A stretch of 64,000 nt of DNA, from positions 68,882,001 to 68,946,000 of the forward strand of contig OZ287750.1 of NCBI GenBank assembly GCA_965649765.1, read 5' to 3'. Positions 24,951 through 38,732 of the stretch are shown here, piece after piece (position 1 is the stretch's first letter; the number at the start of each line of letters is the position of its first letter). Made by a program: the position numbers and the translations under genes. The stretch is from Bispira polyomma. Its lineage: Eukaryota. The notes beneath the pieces are model-generated. The model did no database searches, had not been told where the DNA came from, and was given only the letters and a program-made list of their open reading frames with translations.

Positions 24951-25435
24951 GTCTAGAGTCTTCTACAAAAGTAGTTCGGCTAGACATCCCTGACCCCAGT
25001 CACTGAACGAGCTTGCTACTAGCCGGTGTTCTCGCAACCTCACCAGTAACACAAGAAATTTTATAGTTAATACACAAGTAACACAATTAAAATATAATTT
25101 ATGATAAATATGTGTACATTATAATATCATACCTAGACATATATTTAACATTAAACATATATGAAATATATGAAATAAACATGATATATAATTAAAGATT
25201 TTTCAACTGAAAGAGATATATCTTACATAATATAAAGGAATATAAAATGAGGCCATTTGACTCATTCAGACAAAACCTGTTGCTATTATTTTTAAGTTGT
25301 CATCACACACTCATAAGTATTGTTGGTAGTACGATTTTACAATGAAAAATGCCCTCTCAGATTGTATCGTATATATTCTTAACACTGTTGTAAAATAACT
25401 AGCAATTTCAATTTATAATTTATGAGGTTGTTATT

Positions 25436-27552
25436 GGGCAATGTCAACCTCAATTCCACGTCTATAAATTTATATAAATTCATACTGATACTATCGACTT
25501 ACAAACCAGGTTGATACTTGGTTGTCATCATTGAACAATAGACACAAGACAAGAAACCAACGTCAATTAATCAACATGAAATCATAGTGTTACCACTGAC
25601 TTAGAAACCAGGTTGAGATTTGGTTGTCCTCGTTGCACAATAAAAACAAGACCAGAAACCAACGTCAATTAATTAACATGAAATCATAGTGTCACCACTG
25701 ACTTAGAAACCAGGTTGAGATTTGGTTGTACAATACAAACAAGACTAGAAACCAACGTCAATTAATCAACATAAATTTATAGTATTACCACTGACTCAAA
25801 AACCAGGTTGAGATTTGGTTTTCAACATTTTAAATAAAAGTATTTTGTCAAAATACCTTATATAACTGCTTAAATAAAATTGTGATGTTTTATTTTTCTG
25901 TCAGAGATATACTAATGATCATTTATTAGAACTGCTGTTTTTTTTTTTGGTTGGTTGTTTCATAGGATAAACATATCAGGTCACAACTTCATCATTTTGG
26001 TTTTCATTTTGACAAAAATTAATGATTTGTCAAAAAGCAAATTAAAATAAAATTGCTAAAAATTGCAGGTATATGTGGATGAACAGCCTTTTAGCTTCAT
26101 GTAATTTTTTTAAAATAATAATAGTAATTAACAATGGAGTGGAGCTTGAAATTTTATCATTAGTTATTCTTGGTGGAAAAACTACACTGAATTTAACAGT
26201 TAATTCCGTCTTTTCTGTGGCAAATCAACTTTCAGTTTGAAGACCATTTCTAAAACAATTTCAGTGCACCTTCTGCTATACCAGGTGTCGATATACTGTC
26301 AGTCAGGACACACCTTTTGTGTAAATGAAAAATCTTTGTGCATATTATAGAATGCAAGACACGGAAGTATACATAGAACTGCATGAGGCTAAAATATTCT
26401 TTAAATTGTTAATTTCAAGTCAATAACTTGACAAAATGTGAAAACGAGTTATAATTCATTCATTATAATTATTGAAATTCTAAACCTATCTAACTGTGAA
26501 GGGGAAACAAAACTTTTTTATTTCATTTTCTTTGTTTAGGAAATTAATACAGCCTACTACATAACACAACAACAGCATGTATCCAGGAATAATCTGTCAC
26601 TAATGCAAAAACACAAGTAATTAAAGCCCATTTAATTTATATAAAACCTCACAATTGTTTAAAATACATGCAATATTAAAATGGTTCATTGTGGTCTCAC
26701 AAGTCCAATTACTAAAAGTCATCCACAACCATTTATTCAAGTACACATTAAAAGGGTGAACCCTTTTAAGATTGCTACATTTACTCTCAAAATCTGCTCT
26801 TATCACATTTGGGACGGAGGGGATCCATTTTTTCCTTTTCTTTGATAAATCTGTCAGTTGTGTGTGCTAAAAAACACTAGCCATGCAGTATCCTGTTGTG
26901 TGTTTAATCTGTAAAATGAGAACACCAGAGCATTTCATAAGATGCTGCACTGTCAAAGTTGAATTTTTAGGTCAGTATACTAGCTGATATGTAAATGTAG
27001 TTACTGTTAAGCAAATATATTTTTCTACTAAATATGAATAGGTTGGTTATTGTTTTCTTCAGAGTAATCCTAACCGATTTTGCTAGCCAAAAAATATTAG
27101 ATTAAAAGATTGTAATGGAAGACAAACAGAATCGTTAATTGGACTTTTAGAAAACAACTGAAAACTTCACAGGCAAGACATCAGGTGTTGATGAAACAAA
27201 ATATTACATCAGCATAAAGTCAAACTGGTATTAACATGAATTCAACCTAAAAAGCTTATTGTTTTAACCTTAATCCAACGCAATTTTACCAAAAATTAAC
27301 ATGATTGTGACCTAAAATCACGATGATTTCACATGGATTCAACCTTAATTAACGTGGTTTCAACCAGAAATCGAATAGTTTCAACCTGAAATCAAAGTGG
27401 TTTTAACTTGAAGGCAACATGGTTTTAACCTGAAATCAACATCATTTCACCTGAAATCCAAGTCAGATACTGACTACCATTTCCATTTTCACCCTGAAAT
27501 GGTGATTTCACAGTTTGATTCAACATTGAACCAACGTTGATTGCCGACTGGG
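25436..27552. mobile_element. Probable non-autonomous CCCAG-type (EnSpm/CACTA-like) element with subterminal repeats
   Basis: Right end is TTGATTGCCGACTGGG. CAACC/GGTTG subterminal motifs are dense at 27230-27545, and a ~102-bp tandem array lies at 25503-25820. The left TIR is not clearly seen. Confidence 0.5.
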
Positions 27553-28329
27553 TAGAGTATCCTCAATTCCACATTACAATACAACCTCACCAAACTACTA
27601 TATAGGCATTTTCAGAGTTATAGAACTTGGTGTGAGTGGTTATTTGGTTACTAGTTAAATATGTCTTATATCTTTTTACAGCTATATATTTTGACCTGAG
27701 TACTTGGTCAAAGGTCTCTTTAAAGGTTGGTGTGATTTTGGTTTTTTGCTCTAAAGTACAAACACCTGCACCAGTTAGCACCGCCTGAAAATGGTGCAGG
27801 CGGTGCCAAGCAGTGCATTAGGTGCCAGGCAGTGCATGCAGGATTAAGATGATACTATGGTAACACTCATATCTCACTCAAACCCATTGCCTGTATAATG
27901 ACTTATATAGGTTGGGTGTGTTAAGATAGTAAACAGATGTAGATTAACACAGTCCAAACAAATCAGATGTGATGATTGATTTATAATATAATCAGGCCCT
28001 CTTATAGGTGAATAAAAAGGCTACCAAAAGTCATTTGATGAATTATTATTTAATGAGTAAAAGTTTTGTGTTTGAGTGTGTTAGTTCTGAGAATGCCATT
28101 TGTTTCCAATGATTTATACATGTATTTCGTATAAACATTTTTGTATACCTGGGTTTAAATGATCCCACCAGTAACCCTGAGATTGTAATAAAAAAGACTG
28201 ACAAGAGGTCAGCTGTAGTGGTCCTCAAAAGCACTGAGGGAAGCTTACAGACAATTACAGACAATTATCCGATTCAAACTTTTATGTGAAACAATAAACT
28301 GAGAACTGCAAAAATGTCTGACCAGGTGA

Positions 28330-29715
28330 CTGTGACACCTACAGACACCTACAGACAACCACGTTCTTTTTGGCACAAAAAATAAATCTAGTTTCAACAG
28401 GTTCCTGTATATGCAAAAAGTTCATCTGTACAATAACATCTGTATGAAAGCCAATTTGGCTTGGCCAAATCGGATTACCTAAAATCATAAATTTATGACA
28501 ACCATCACAACCCACAAAACTTTGGCGATGTTTAAATTATATACCCCACAGATCACTTGTCAAATTACTTCCCTCAGCCAAATCTCCTCAGCTTCTAGTA
28601 GACACTTTTGTTGAATTTTATACATATAAAATCACAAAAATTCGATCCTCCTTTGCAACCTCACGTCCTCCTTAACACATTACCATCTCTGCCTTTTCTT
28701 GTGTTTTCGGAAAATCATCAAAAAGTTTCTGAACAAATCATGCTCCCTCGACCCATGGCCTACTTTCCTCGTTATTGAGTTGTTGCATGTCCTCATCACC
28801 CCCATTACATCAATAATAAATGCATCACTCTGTGAAGGAAACTGCCCCAAAAAATTCAAACAGACTCATGTCACTCCCCTTCTTACAAACCCTAGACAAA
28901 GAAGTTTTAAAAAAACTATAGGCCTGTTTCCAATTTAAACATTATTTCAAAGGTCTTATGACTGGCTTAAATCTGCCTAAATATAGGACCACTCTAACGA
29001 AAGTGCCCAGGTGTTCAGGTCATATTTGTTAGAGAGAATACAATCAGTCAAGGTGGGTTGCATACTGGAGGCCCTCAGGGCTCTGTTCTGGGTCCACTCT
29101 TTTTTTTCCTTGTACACTAATCCACTCAGTTCTATTAGTCAGTCTCACGGGGGCATCAAACATCATTTTCACGCTGATGACACTCAGTTTTATATAACTC
29201 TATCACCAACAAATTTTACTTAGTCAATGAAAGTTCTGACAGACTGCCTAAATGACATACAAAATTTGATGGTACTAAATAAACTCAAATTAAACCTAGA
29301 TAAAACTGAATTTATTCTGATTGGTTAAAAACCTATCGTAAACAACTTCAGTCTTTCTTTCCAACTAACATTCTCGGTAATAAAGTTACCCCATCCTCTA
29401 ATGTTAAAAATCTAGGGGTAGTGTTTGATTTGAATATGACTCTCTTAGATCATGTATCCAAAGTGAAAAAGTCTACTCGAATCCACATTAGAAATCTTTA
29501 CAGCATTTACTACTTGCTCGACTTCAACACAGCTGTCCTCCTTGCAAATGCTCTTGTCAGCAGTCGACTTGACTACTGATATTCCCTGTTTGTCTCACTC
29601 ACAGAATTTAAGTTGAGGAGGATACAGCGGGTCCAAATCTCACTCTGCTGGGTAGTGACTCGAGCTTCCAAAAATTCTGATGTAACACCAGACTAGACAA
29701 ACTCCACTGGCTACT
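28330..29715 (+). mobile_element. Decayed L2-clade LINE RT fragment
   Basis: Across frameshifts and deletions: KSCSLDPWPT, ITSIINASL, VTPLL, RPVSNL, PQGSVLGP, HFHADDTQFY, LNLDKTEFI, VKNLGVVFD, LVSSRLDY, LHWL. Confidence 0.88.
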
Positions 29716-30249
29716 TGTAAGGGAAATACTTCATCCTTATACCTCATCGAGAAACACACGAATATTATCCAGAATACTGATGGTTTCACCAATATTTTTT
29801 CAAAAATCTCCTTTAATTGGTTACAGTAGATTACCAAATCTTAGAGACCAATTATCTAGTTGTAAAATTTGCCAGCCCCCAGTCCCTGATCTCACCTAGA
29901 TCACCAACAGTGCACCCACAGTTTCCACCAGACTTAGAAACTGTGCATATTGCTCACTCTATCACTAGTCATCACACTAATAAGCAGTTTAAATGCATAG
30001 CCATTCCCCCTAAACCTAGACTTAAGACTCTAGTCCGAGATTGTTGTGCGACAATCAAAGACTAGTCGATGTTTGTCGCACCGTGGTGGCAGGTATGTCG
30101 CAGATCCCTTGGGGATCATATTTGTAGGGGTATAAATACTGGTAGCAATGCTAAAGCTGTCAGTATGAAATCAGTTATTGAGTAGTAAACATAGTAGTTA
30201 TAAATACTAGATAGATAGTAGTTAAATAGTAGTTGCATAGAATATAATA

Positions 30250-31517
30250 ATGGCATTTTTTGGTCCACCAGTAGTAAGTGAAATGATGGCGGCAAGAAGG
30301 CATTAGCGGCAGGCAGCAGGCCTAGTGTTGTTGGCCTACTTCAGAAGGAGGAGGCGAAGGTGGGACAGGCAGTACTGGGTGAGGCCCTGGATCAGCAGGC
30401 GCCTGCAGTTTGGTGACTATGACAACCTTATGGTGGAGCTGGAGATAGAATCACATGGTGATTTTCTGAACTACCTGAGGATAGAACCAGTGATGTTCCG
30501 AGAGTTGCTGGACAGGATGACCCTCCGCCTGACCAAGAAGGACACCAACTGGACGCCTGTCCTACAGCCTGGTATGAAGTTGGCCATCACTTTGAGATAT
30601 CTAGAGTCGGGTAACAGCTACCTCAGCCTGAGCTATGGCTTCAGAGTGCCCTACAACGGCATTTCTGTGATTGTGAAAGAGACATGCGAGGCCATAGTGG
30701 AAGAATACGATACTAAGTTGGTGAATATCCCCACAACTCCAGATGCCTGGCTTGCAGTGAGTGACAGCTTTGCAACCAAATGGAACTTTCCTCATGCTGT
30801 GGGTGCAATCGATGGGAAACACATTGCAATCAAGGCTCCTAGGAACACTGGTTCAGTGTACCACAACTACAAGGGCTTCTTCTCCATTATCCTCCTTGGT
30901 GTGGTCGATGCAGATTACCGGTTCATCTTTATAGACGTCGTTGGCAACGGTTCAACATTCGATTGTACCATCTACAACAACTCGGACCTGAAAACAAAAC
31001 CGGACAATGACACACTGGGTCTACCGGCTGAGCCACTTCCACATGATGATCAGGACATCCCTTACTTGTTCATCGGTGACAATGCCTTTGATTTGGCTCC
31101 CTACATGATGAAGCCATTCTCCCAACGCAACATAATAGATGAAGAGAGAATATTAACTACAGGTTATCTTCTGCTCGAAGGATTGTTCAGAATGCCTTTG
31201 GTATCCTTGCCAATAGGTTTCGCGCCCTGCTGACTACTCTTAAACAAGAGCCAGAAACTGTTAAGTCAATAGTGTTGGCATGCATTTGCTTACACAGTCT
31301 AATGCACAACCAGTACCCAGTATTGCAGAATGCGGCAATGGACCATGAGGGAAACGATCACCAAGTTATTCCTGGAGCCTGAAGAGCTGTCTTTGCAGAA
31401 TGCCAAAATGTCAGGCGTCGCACACAGTTTTCACGTAGGGCCAAGAGACAAAGGATATACTTAAAACACTATTTATATAATGTTGGTGCTGTGCCATGGC
31501 AGAGAGACATGATTTAA
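30250..31517 (+). pseudogene. Harbinger DDE transposase, disrupted
   Basis: Motifs WVRPWI, KLAITLRYL, WNFPHAVGAIDGKHI, YHNYKGFFSIILL, FIGDNAF and C-terminal VPWQRDMI. There is an early TAG at ~30304 and a frameshift near 31150. Confidence 0.92.
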
Positions 31518-31700
31518 GTGACTGTGATTATGACTGTATTATCTTATGTGATTTTTAAATTATTTATTTGAAATCAATCAATCAATCATTCCAGGTTAAA
31601 ATAAAAGTGCCTGTGCACAGAAGGTTATTTCAGTGTTGTCATTGTGTTTCTTAAAACTAGTAGGGAATAATCTTGGGCTAGCAATATGTGAATTTCATAT

Positions 31701-31925
31701 AATAAATGTTGTGGTAAACCTTAAGCATCACACTGCACAACATTTATTATTTGAAGTTGGGATTTGTGATGACCTTAAGAGTATGAGTTTGACCTTTTCT
31801 GATTTCCAAATAATAAATGTTGTGGTAAACCTTAAGCATCACACTTCACAACATTTATTATTTGAAGTTGGGATTTGTGATGACCTTAAGAGTATGAGCT
31901 TGACCTTGTCTGATTTCTAAACAAT
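31701..31925 (+). repeat. 2 x 111-bp tandem duplication between the Harbinger genes
   Basis: AATAAATGTTGTGGTAAACCTTAAGCATCACACT begins at 31701 and 31812. Confidence 0.85.
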
Positions 31926-32347
31926 AAATTTAATGTGGCCCTATTCTGTGAGACTAGGGATAACTATAAGCATGACACAGCCACAAAATCCATTTCCAAA
32001 AGGTCAAGATTAAATCTAAAATGTTCCAATTATATACCAAAGATCAATTTTAAAATGTTTAAGTTATACACCAAAGGTCAATTTTAAAATGTTTAAGTTA
32101 TACACCAAAGGTCAAGTTTAATTTTGAAATTTTAATTTGATTTAATAAAGGTAAATTTTAAATCAATTAATTTATTTTGGGTAAAAAAGAGCCTGTAATT
32201 TATTTAACAAAATAACATTCACTTAAATATAGCATACATGCATAGGTCACAGTCAGAATTGTCACAAATTCCCAAAGAGCACAGTTCCCACTACCCTCCC
32301 CACCCCAACCCCATAAAAGTCACATTACCACCAACAAAGTCCCTCCT

Positions 32348-33585
32348 CTACTGCTGTGCGTGGCCACCACTACTTTGGTCAGTCAAGAGGATAAATGTCA
32401 CCACATCTGCACCGCCTGCGTCAATTGTTTGGGTGGGCTGCTGAGTTTGAGGTGTCCTTTGGCCTTGGTAGCTGTCTAGCATGTTCAATAAGCCAGTCAT
32501 GTTCAGTGTCCCAAAACTGCTCTGTGATAGGTTGTGCTGTTGATTCTGTGGTGTTGGTGGGGACCAGATATTTGGTGGTGTAAATGTACTCGATCCCACT
32601 GATCCCTGCCAGGCAGTGCAGAGGAAGGCCGCACCATGGGCTGCGAAAAGACATGTTGGGGTGACGGCCACTGTATAGGTGGCAGGTTGGCCGTCTTGTG
32701 CCGCATTATGGCCTGGAAGGTCTTCTTCATAAAATCATCCCACTGCTGGTCAGTGAGACCTTCTGACTCCAGCCCAATCCAGTGGTAAAAAAACAGTCTG
32801 GGGTTGTTGGCCGCAGACACCTGAACCTGATCATTGCGTTCAGAGGTGGCGAAATGGTCTGCCAGCTGTATTATAGCATCATTCACCCTCCAGCCAAGAG
32901 CCTTAGGTGGTCTTGGTCATGAAACCTGGGTGGTGCTGCGCTGGCTAGGGCTGGGCTGACCAGTATGGCTGGAATCGGAAAGGTTGGGGTGCGTGAGACT
33001 TGACCCCGCCCTGACGTCAAAAGAAGGAGCTGTGGCCGGGATGGAGATCTTGTCATCGTCCTCCAAGTCATCAATGTTTGGCGGGGGAGGCGCAATCCCA
33101 AGCCTTCTACTCTCAGACCGGGCCACAAGATGCGCCTCTAGGAATTGGAATTACGCTAGTGTCCATCTCTAGCGAGCAGTTGGAGCCTTGTTTGCCTGGC
33201 TGAACTTTATTTTCTTTTTCAGTTTGGTCATAGAACAAAGGCTGTGCCACAAAGAATTTCACCAATTGCTGCTCTTGCTCTTCTGACATTTGGTCGGTGA
33301 CCTTTTGCTTCTTGCTGGCCACCTCATATTCATCCTTCTCTTCCTCCTCGTCATCCCCTGGAGGGGACTGGGGAGGCTTAGGGTCCACACTCCCTGAGGC
33401 AAATGTCTCCTTCACCAGAGTGGTTTCAGTATCTGCAGTGACAGTGGTGGCTCCTCCCTCAGTTGTGACTGTCCCTGTCCCTGGTGCACCTTCTGCCTCA
33501 GTTGTGATAATGGCCTCTGGAATCTTTATCACAGCCCCTGCCAACTCAGTTTCTTCCCCTTTTTAGCAATCACTTTAGGAGGCAT
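32348..33585 (-). pseudogene. Harbinger accessory Myb/SANT(MADF)-like DNA-binding protein, frameshifted
   Basis: ATG at 33585 (MPPKVIAKKG), acidic low-complexity N-terminus, MSEEQEQQLVKFFVAQPLFYD helix, FQFLEAHL, and a C-terminal RLFFYHWIG...LTDQQWDDFM module. Convergent with the transposase. Confidence 0.7.
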
Positions 33586-34790
33586 TATTATATCCAAATA
33601 AAAATTAACACTTAAACAACTCAAAATGTATAATATCCAGTAGTAGAAAACGTCTGCATTCACCTATAGACTTCATGAAACTGATCACCGAATAGCAAAG
33701 ACCCCCTATTTATACCCTGTGAGACCTATCGCATACCAGTCTGTTTTTGCTCTTTAGTCACTCTGCGAGAGGTTTCTGATTGGTCACCGAGCGGTGGGAG
33801 GGGGTTTTCAAATAATAGAATAGCATTTTCCGATAATTTGATTGGTCGGTGATAGGTGGTGGGTGTTGGGAAGTCTACTCGGGGACTTGTCGTTGATTGA
33901 TTAGAGACTGAATAGAGATCAGTGAACAGCCTTAAGGGATTTTCTTTTGATGCTAGACATGTCGGTGACAGGAGATGAGATTGCTCAGGGATTGCTTGCA
34001 CAACCGATTTGGGATTAGTCGCCGTCTTGCTGAGATCTCCAAATATTGGCTTTTTGATCGGCGACTGATTTTCACACTGGTCGGCGATTTAAGTTGGGTT
34101 ACCAATTTAAAATATCAAAGACCAGTTAAAGACAAACAAAATCCTGTGAAGACTTGTGGCACAGGAGTGGCACCTTCTAAAGAACCTATCGCAGACAAGT
34201 AGGAGATCAAACAAAGACCTTCAGCAACCATCTAGATCGTAGAGAGGAATCATTTATAAACGAAGTAATCTCTCTATGAGCGGAACCTTTTCAGAATCAA
34301 CAAGGATCTAGCTCAATCTCCAGCAACCTCCACGGATCGAACGCAAGAGCGTTTAAAGACAACAAAAGACCTCCAGCAACCTATCTCATTTTTCAGCTCG
34401 CAGCAGCTCTTTAACCGCTTGTAAGGGCTGTGTGATTGGCCCTTAAGAAAAACAATATATGAACACAGAGCTATTGTTATTAAAACTGGTCAGAACAAAC
34501 TCCCCCCTATCTCAAGGCATTACAGTACGAGTAACTATTCTGTCAAGGACATGGAGTTTAGTGTAATACAATGGTTAAGAAATATAGAATACCCAAAAGC
34601 TACAGACAGACGTAAATGTCAAGAAATGCACTATATTTGAGCCTTCCCTACTATTGCCTTTACTGGCATTAACTTGCACGTATAACTTACAACCCTCTTA
34701 TGTATTAGCTGATACCCCAAATACCACCTTACATATTTTATAGACATTTCAAGTTAATATTTCATGCACGCATGGAGTAGAAGTTTATAG

Positions 34791-35039
34791 AGGGCCTCAG
34801 TGGTTTAGTGGTAACACACTCAATCGTCTCCCACCTCTACTATCGTGTGTTTGGATCTTGGCTCTAGCATGTATGTGGGAAACTTGGCAGCAAACTATTT
34901 GAACGTATGTAGTTTGCAGAGTAGAAAACCTTGACCAACTGTTCCAATTTCCGCCACCAGTGAACTACCTATTGTGATATTGCACAAGACATGTAGAGAG
35001 TGGCATTAAACAGTGACTACATAAATAACTAAATAAATA
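34791..35039 (+). mobile_element. tRNA-derived SINE
   Basis: GGGCCTCAGTGGTTTAGTGGTAA head with A box, degenerate B box (GTTTGGATC), and 3' end GTGGCATTAAAC plus an (AAAT)n tail. Confidence 0.65.
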
Positions 35040-35229
35040 GTCGTGTCTGTAAACATACATTTTTATCTACTCTGTTTCCCAAAGATTATTCTTGTCTATT
35101 CTGGAGGGTGAAGAAATTCTATTCCCTGTTAAAATAACGAACAACAATTGTCCACATAGATATTTTCGAAATTGCAAATTCAGGACAGCTTACCAATCTC
35201 CCAATGTGATTGCTTGTTTAATAAAAAAC

Positions 35230-36058
35230 TAATTAGGCGTCCTGCAAGGGATGCTTGTTTGTATACAGGGAAAAATTCATGCGGAAGGGGTTGCCGGCTC
35301 CTGCCGGCTGTCGCCTTTTCTATTGGCTATAGCTCAGCAATCACTAGGCAGATTCTCTTAAAATTTGGCACATGTATGCAGTAGCCCTGGAAAAAAATTC
35401 AATATGGTGTCATCACATTTCGACTAATTAGAGAAGTCACATGACCAAAAACACATTTGTGGGGTATGCTTGTCGGGATGATAACTTAAAAAGCGCTTTA
35501 CCTATTCTCAGGAAATTTGGCAAGTATGTTTGTTTTATAAATGTCTGGACAACATTAACTTTTTGAAGTGATCCGATACAAAATAGCCGACTTATAAACG
35601 ATTAATTAAACGTTAACATTTTTCAAAACGATAAAAATGAAAAATCCCTAATATCTTAGAAATGATGCGAGATAGAGTGATTTGAGCTGAATTTTGGCCA
35701 AGAGAGCGCACACAGTCAGCAACTTCCCAAAAATTTTCTGAAAATTCAAAAAAAATTTATTTAAATTTTTTTTTTTTTTTAATTTTTTTTAAATTTTTCA
35801 AAAAAATCTTTCTCTCGCCATTTTTTTGCAGAAACTTGAATTTTTGCTTTAAATGCAAAAACGCGTTAATCTTGGAAACGGTACCAGATAGATTGATTTT
35901 GGCCGAATTTCGGGCCTGGAGGGTATATGCAGAAAAACGCTCTCCCGCCATTTTAAGCGGCAATCAAAGTACATTTACTGTCACACAATGTCTCATTGGA
36001 ACGCTTTGTTTTTGCTGTACAAAAACAATTTCCTTTCATTTGTAAAGCAGTACTCTAG
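35230..36058 (+). mobile_element. Helentron/HINE-like non-autonomous element, second family
   Basis: 5' AATTAGGCGTCC and 3' GGAACGCTT subterminal inverted motifs, GTTTTTG..CAAAAAC hairpin, CTAG end, and a core related to the satellite of the other HINEs. Confidence 0.6.
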
Positions 36059-37457
36059 TTAAGGTTGCTACAGAACCCCTAATTGAGTTGAGGAGAGGTT
36101 TTATTATAGAACACATAAAAGCCACAATACATGAAGTACTGTTTATTATCGAATCTGCCGCGATCAGTATACATACTAAACTTCGTACATCTCAACATGT
36201 CCATCTTCATATTTTTTTAATTTTTAAAGAAAAAATGATAGAAAACAATTTACAATGTCCATAAAAATGTATAATAATTACAGTGTTTTTTTGGTGCTAT
36301 TGTTGTTGATACTTATAGAGCTTACGGATCACTCAGAAAAACAAAAAATCAAAAACAAAATCTTCACATTCAGCTCTAGCTAAGGATGTCGATTAAGTGT
36401 CTAATCAAGTGTCTTAACAAGTTAACACATTGTCAAATTACATGTTTAGTAGCTGTATTACAAGATCCAGATCTTGTGAGATACTCTGTGGCTTTGGTAC
36501 TCTCCCTGCAAGTTTAAATATTGTTTTCCGGTACGACACCTTGGCTGCCATCTTGAATTTCACTGTGGGTGGAACCTAATTTTGATTCCAGGGCATTCAT
36601 GCCCCTTTTGGCCCATTAGTGGAATTTTTTAGATTTTCATCAGACACAAATTTACAAACTACACTCTTTTGACTTAAAGCTGCGTCTTTTACATTTCGTG
36701 TATATTTTTGTAACATCGCCTGTTTTCTACAAAGGCGGGATCACTATTGTGCCCCAGGTTATTCACAAAACCCCTTTTGGCCTATTATTATATACTCTGT
36801 TGTTGGAACAAACTTTTGCACTACTTTTTGCATCGAGTGTTGGAGCCGCTTAACATACTTGTTTACGGTTACGCCTGACATCAGTGGTAGCTGTCTTGAT
36901 GTTATGTGATCTTGCCAATGGTTTTAAAGTGATTTTACCGTAGTACCACTTGTTACCTCTTTCACGTGGAGACGGTTTAGCATACACATAACTTCCAACT
37001 GAAATCTCTGGGAGATCAACAGAAACACCTTTGTCATGAGAACTTTTAGCATTTTGACGTCTTGCAAAAATGTCACTTTGTGCTACCTTTGAGGCATCAC
37101 TTTTCAATGTTTCATGATTGGGACAGTTGTGAGAGTATGCCTGTTCATAGTTCTTTGTACTGGGCTAAACGTGTGTGCTTGATTTGGTGTATTTATGTAT
37201 GGTAACAATGCTAACTGAAAGTCAATGGACTTTTTTATCATCATTTTGATAATTTTGGCTGATGCTTCGGCATAGCCATTTCCCTTTTTTAGGGTGAGAA
37301 GGTCATATGAGAAATGCTTAGTTTCTCACAGAACATTTGAAAGTCGGAACTAATAAACTGAGGTCCATTGTCTGTTAAGAGTACTTCTAGGATTCTGTGT
37401 CGGCAGAATTGGACTTTAGAGTTATCAATTATTGTCTTGGACAAAGTGTCTTCTAGA

Positions 37458-38732
37458 TCCAGTAGGCACTCAACATTTTTTGATATCAAATTTTTGTCTA
37501 TAAATGGACATACCGCCATTTCGACGTCATTTTGGCATCACAATGTATTGACCATATATTTAGACATCATTAAGACATCATTATAATGTACACTATCTGA
37601 CATATATTTAGATGTCATTATGATGTACACTATCTGACATATATTTAGATGTCATTATTATGTTATGACATTCCTCATATAAATTCATGTAGAAGAGAAT
37701 TGTGGGAATGGTCATTTTTGTAATTGCCCAGCAGGTACACAGCAAATATGATTATGTGGGTCTTAAATAGGCAGCATATATATATTTACAGAATATAAGC
37801 TGTTTGTGAGGGCAAAACTGGAAAATATGCACCAAGGTCGGGACAATATGGCTTGAGGGTTGTCAGGCCCGAAAGCCATGTTGGGCTGACCAAGGGTTTA
37901 TTATACCGAAGCATTTTTAAGTTTTTGAATAAAGATATTCTTTCAATAAGGAATTTTGGTCCCGACATCTATTTTTGCCCCTTACTCCTGTGACGAGTAT
38001 ATCAACAATTTAACCATGGCGGAAGAAGTCACCAGTGTATCAAGAACGTTTAACAGCAAATTCAATATAATGTATCTACATTTGTTAATTGTGTGTTAAA
38101 CTATAAATTTTTAATATCCCTTGTATAAAAACACAAATAATCAATTGTGCTTGCTAAACTTTACAAGTGATATGGCCTGCTGCATTGATATGGCCCCCGA
38201 CTCCCGGGCCATATCGGGAAATATGGTATGTCATGTGATCGCATTTTAAACAATAGGATCGCTAGATTTGCCGCCGAGGTATAATAAATATATAAATAGA
38301 TGTATGGGTCCCATAAATATGGAATGCATGAACATGAATTTAAAAAAATTATCTAAAGCACAAAACAGCTTAATTATTCAGACACTGACAGCCATAAGTT
38401 ATACTATATTATATTAGTTATATACCAGACATATTTCTTACAGATTTTGTCCACCTGAAATGTATGCACCACTTTGGTAAGGCTAAAGGTGGAAGGGTAA
38501 AGGCAGTTGCTAAAATATACTGCCTGCACCTACCCCTGTCCCTTCTCGTCCTCCTCTTAACCCCCCTCCCCCCCTGTTTCTCTCAGATACTCCTCATTTA
38601 TTGGTTGAATTTGAAAGTTCGATGTCATATATCTGACGTCTAAATGACATCATATTTCTAAAAAAGATGTTAGTTAGACATCGGGGTGGTACGTCATTTA
38701 GACATCATTTAGACATCCTTTTGCCTGCTGGG
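37458..38732. mobile_element. Non-autonomous CCCAG-type (EnSpm/CACTA-like) element inserted in the Gypsy integrase
   Basis: Ends TCCAGTAGGCA...TGCCTGCTGGG with a 2-bp TSD GA (37456-57, 38733-34). Removing it restores the integrase reading IEIDPLEDTLSKTII. TAGACATC subterminal repeats are present. Confidence 0.8.
37780..38290. mobile_element. Possible non-autonomous Crypton-like element nested in the CCCAG element
   Basis: Sits between (AT)n tracts and has asymmetric internal inverted motifs (TTATTATACC / GGTATAATAA; CAATATGGC / GCCATATCG) with no TIR/TSD pair. The family assignment is from recollection of similar elements only. Confidence 0.4.

Larger units (their letters stand above)
29965..34443. 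mobile_element. PIF/Harbinger transposon with convergent transposase and Myb/SANT-like genes
   Basis: Two convergent genes, each preceded by GGGTATAAATA (~30131 on +, ~33714 on -). The right end GTGTGATTGGCCCT is followed by TAA. The left TIR is degenerate (ATCACAC...AAGCAGTT near 29970). Confidence 0.82.
28160..34685 (+). mobile_element. Penelope-like retroelement relic in three pieces, split by later insertions
   Basis: 28160-28310 reads NPEIVIKKTDKRSAVVVL (IKxADKG motif). 29720-29870 reads SPLIGYSRLPNLRDQL (YRRxxNLRDxL motif). 34450-34685 reads ISRHY...DMEFSVIQ...RKCQEMHYI...GINL (GIY-YIG C-terminus). Confidence 0.7.

Noticed and set aside
24800-25820. 38-bp and 102-bp arrays as CRISPR or ncRNA arrays
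   Set aside because: They are head-to-tail repeats without unique spacers and lie within transposon ends.
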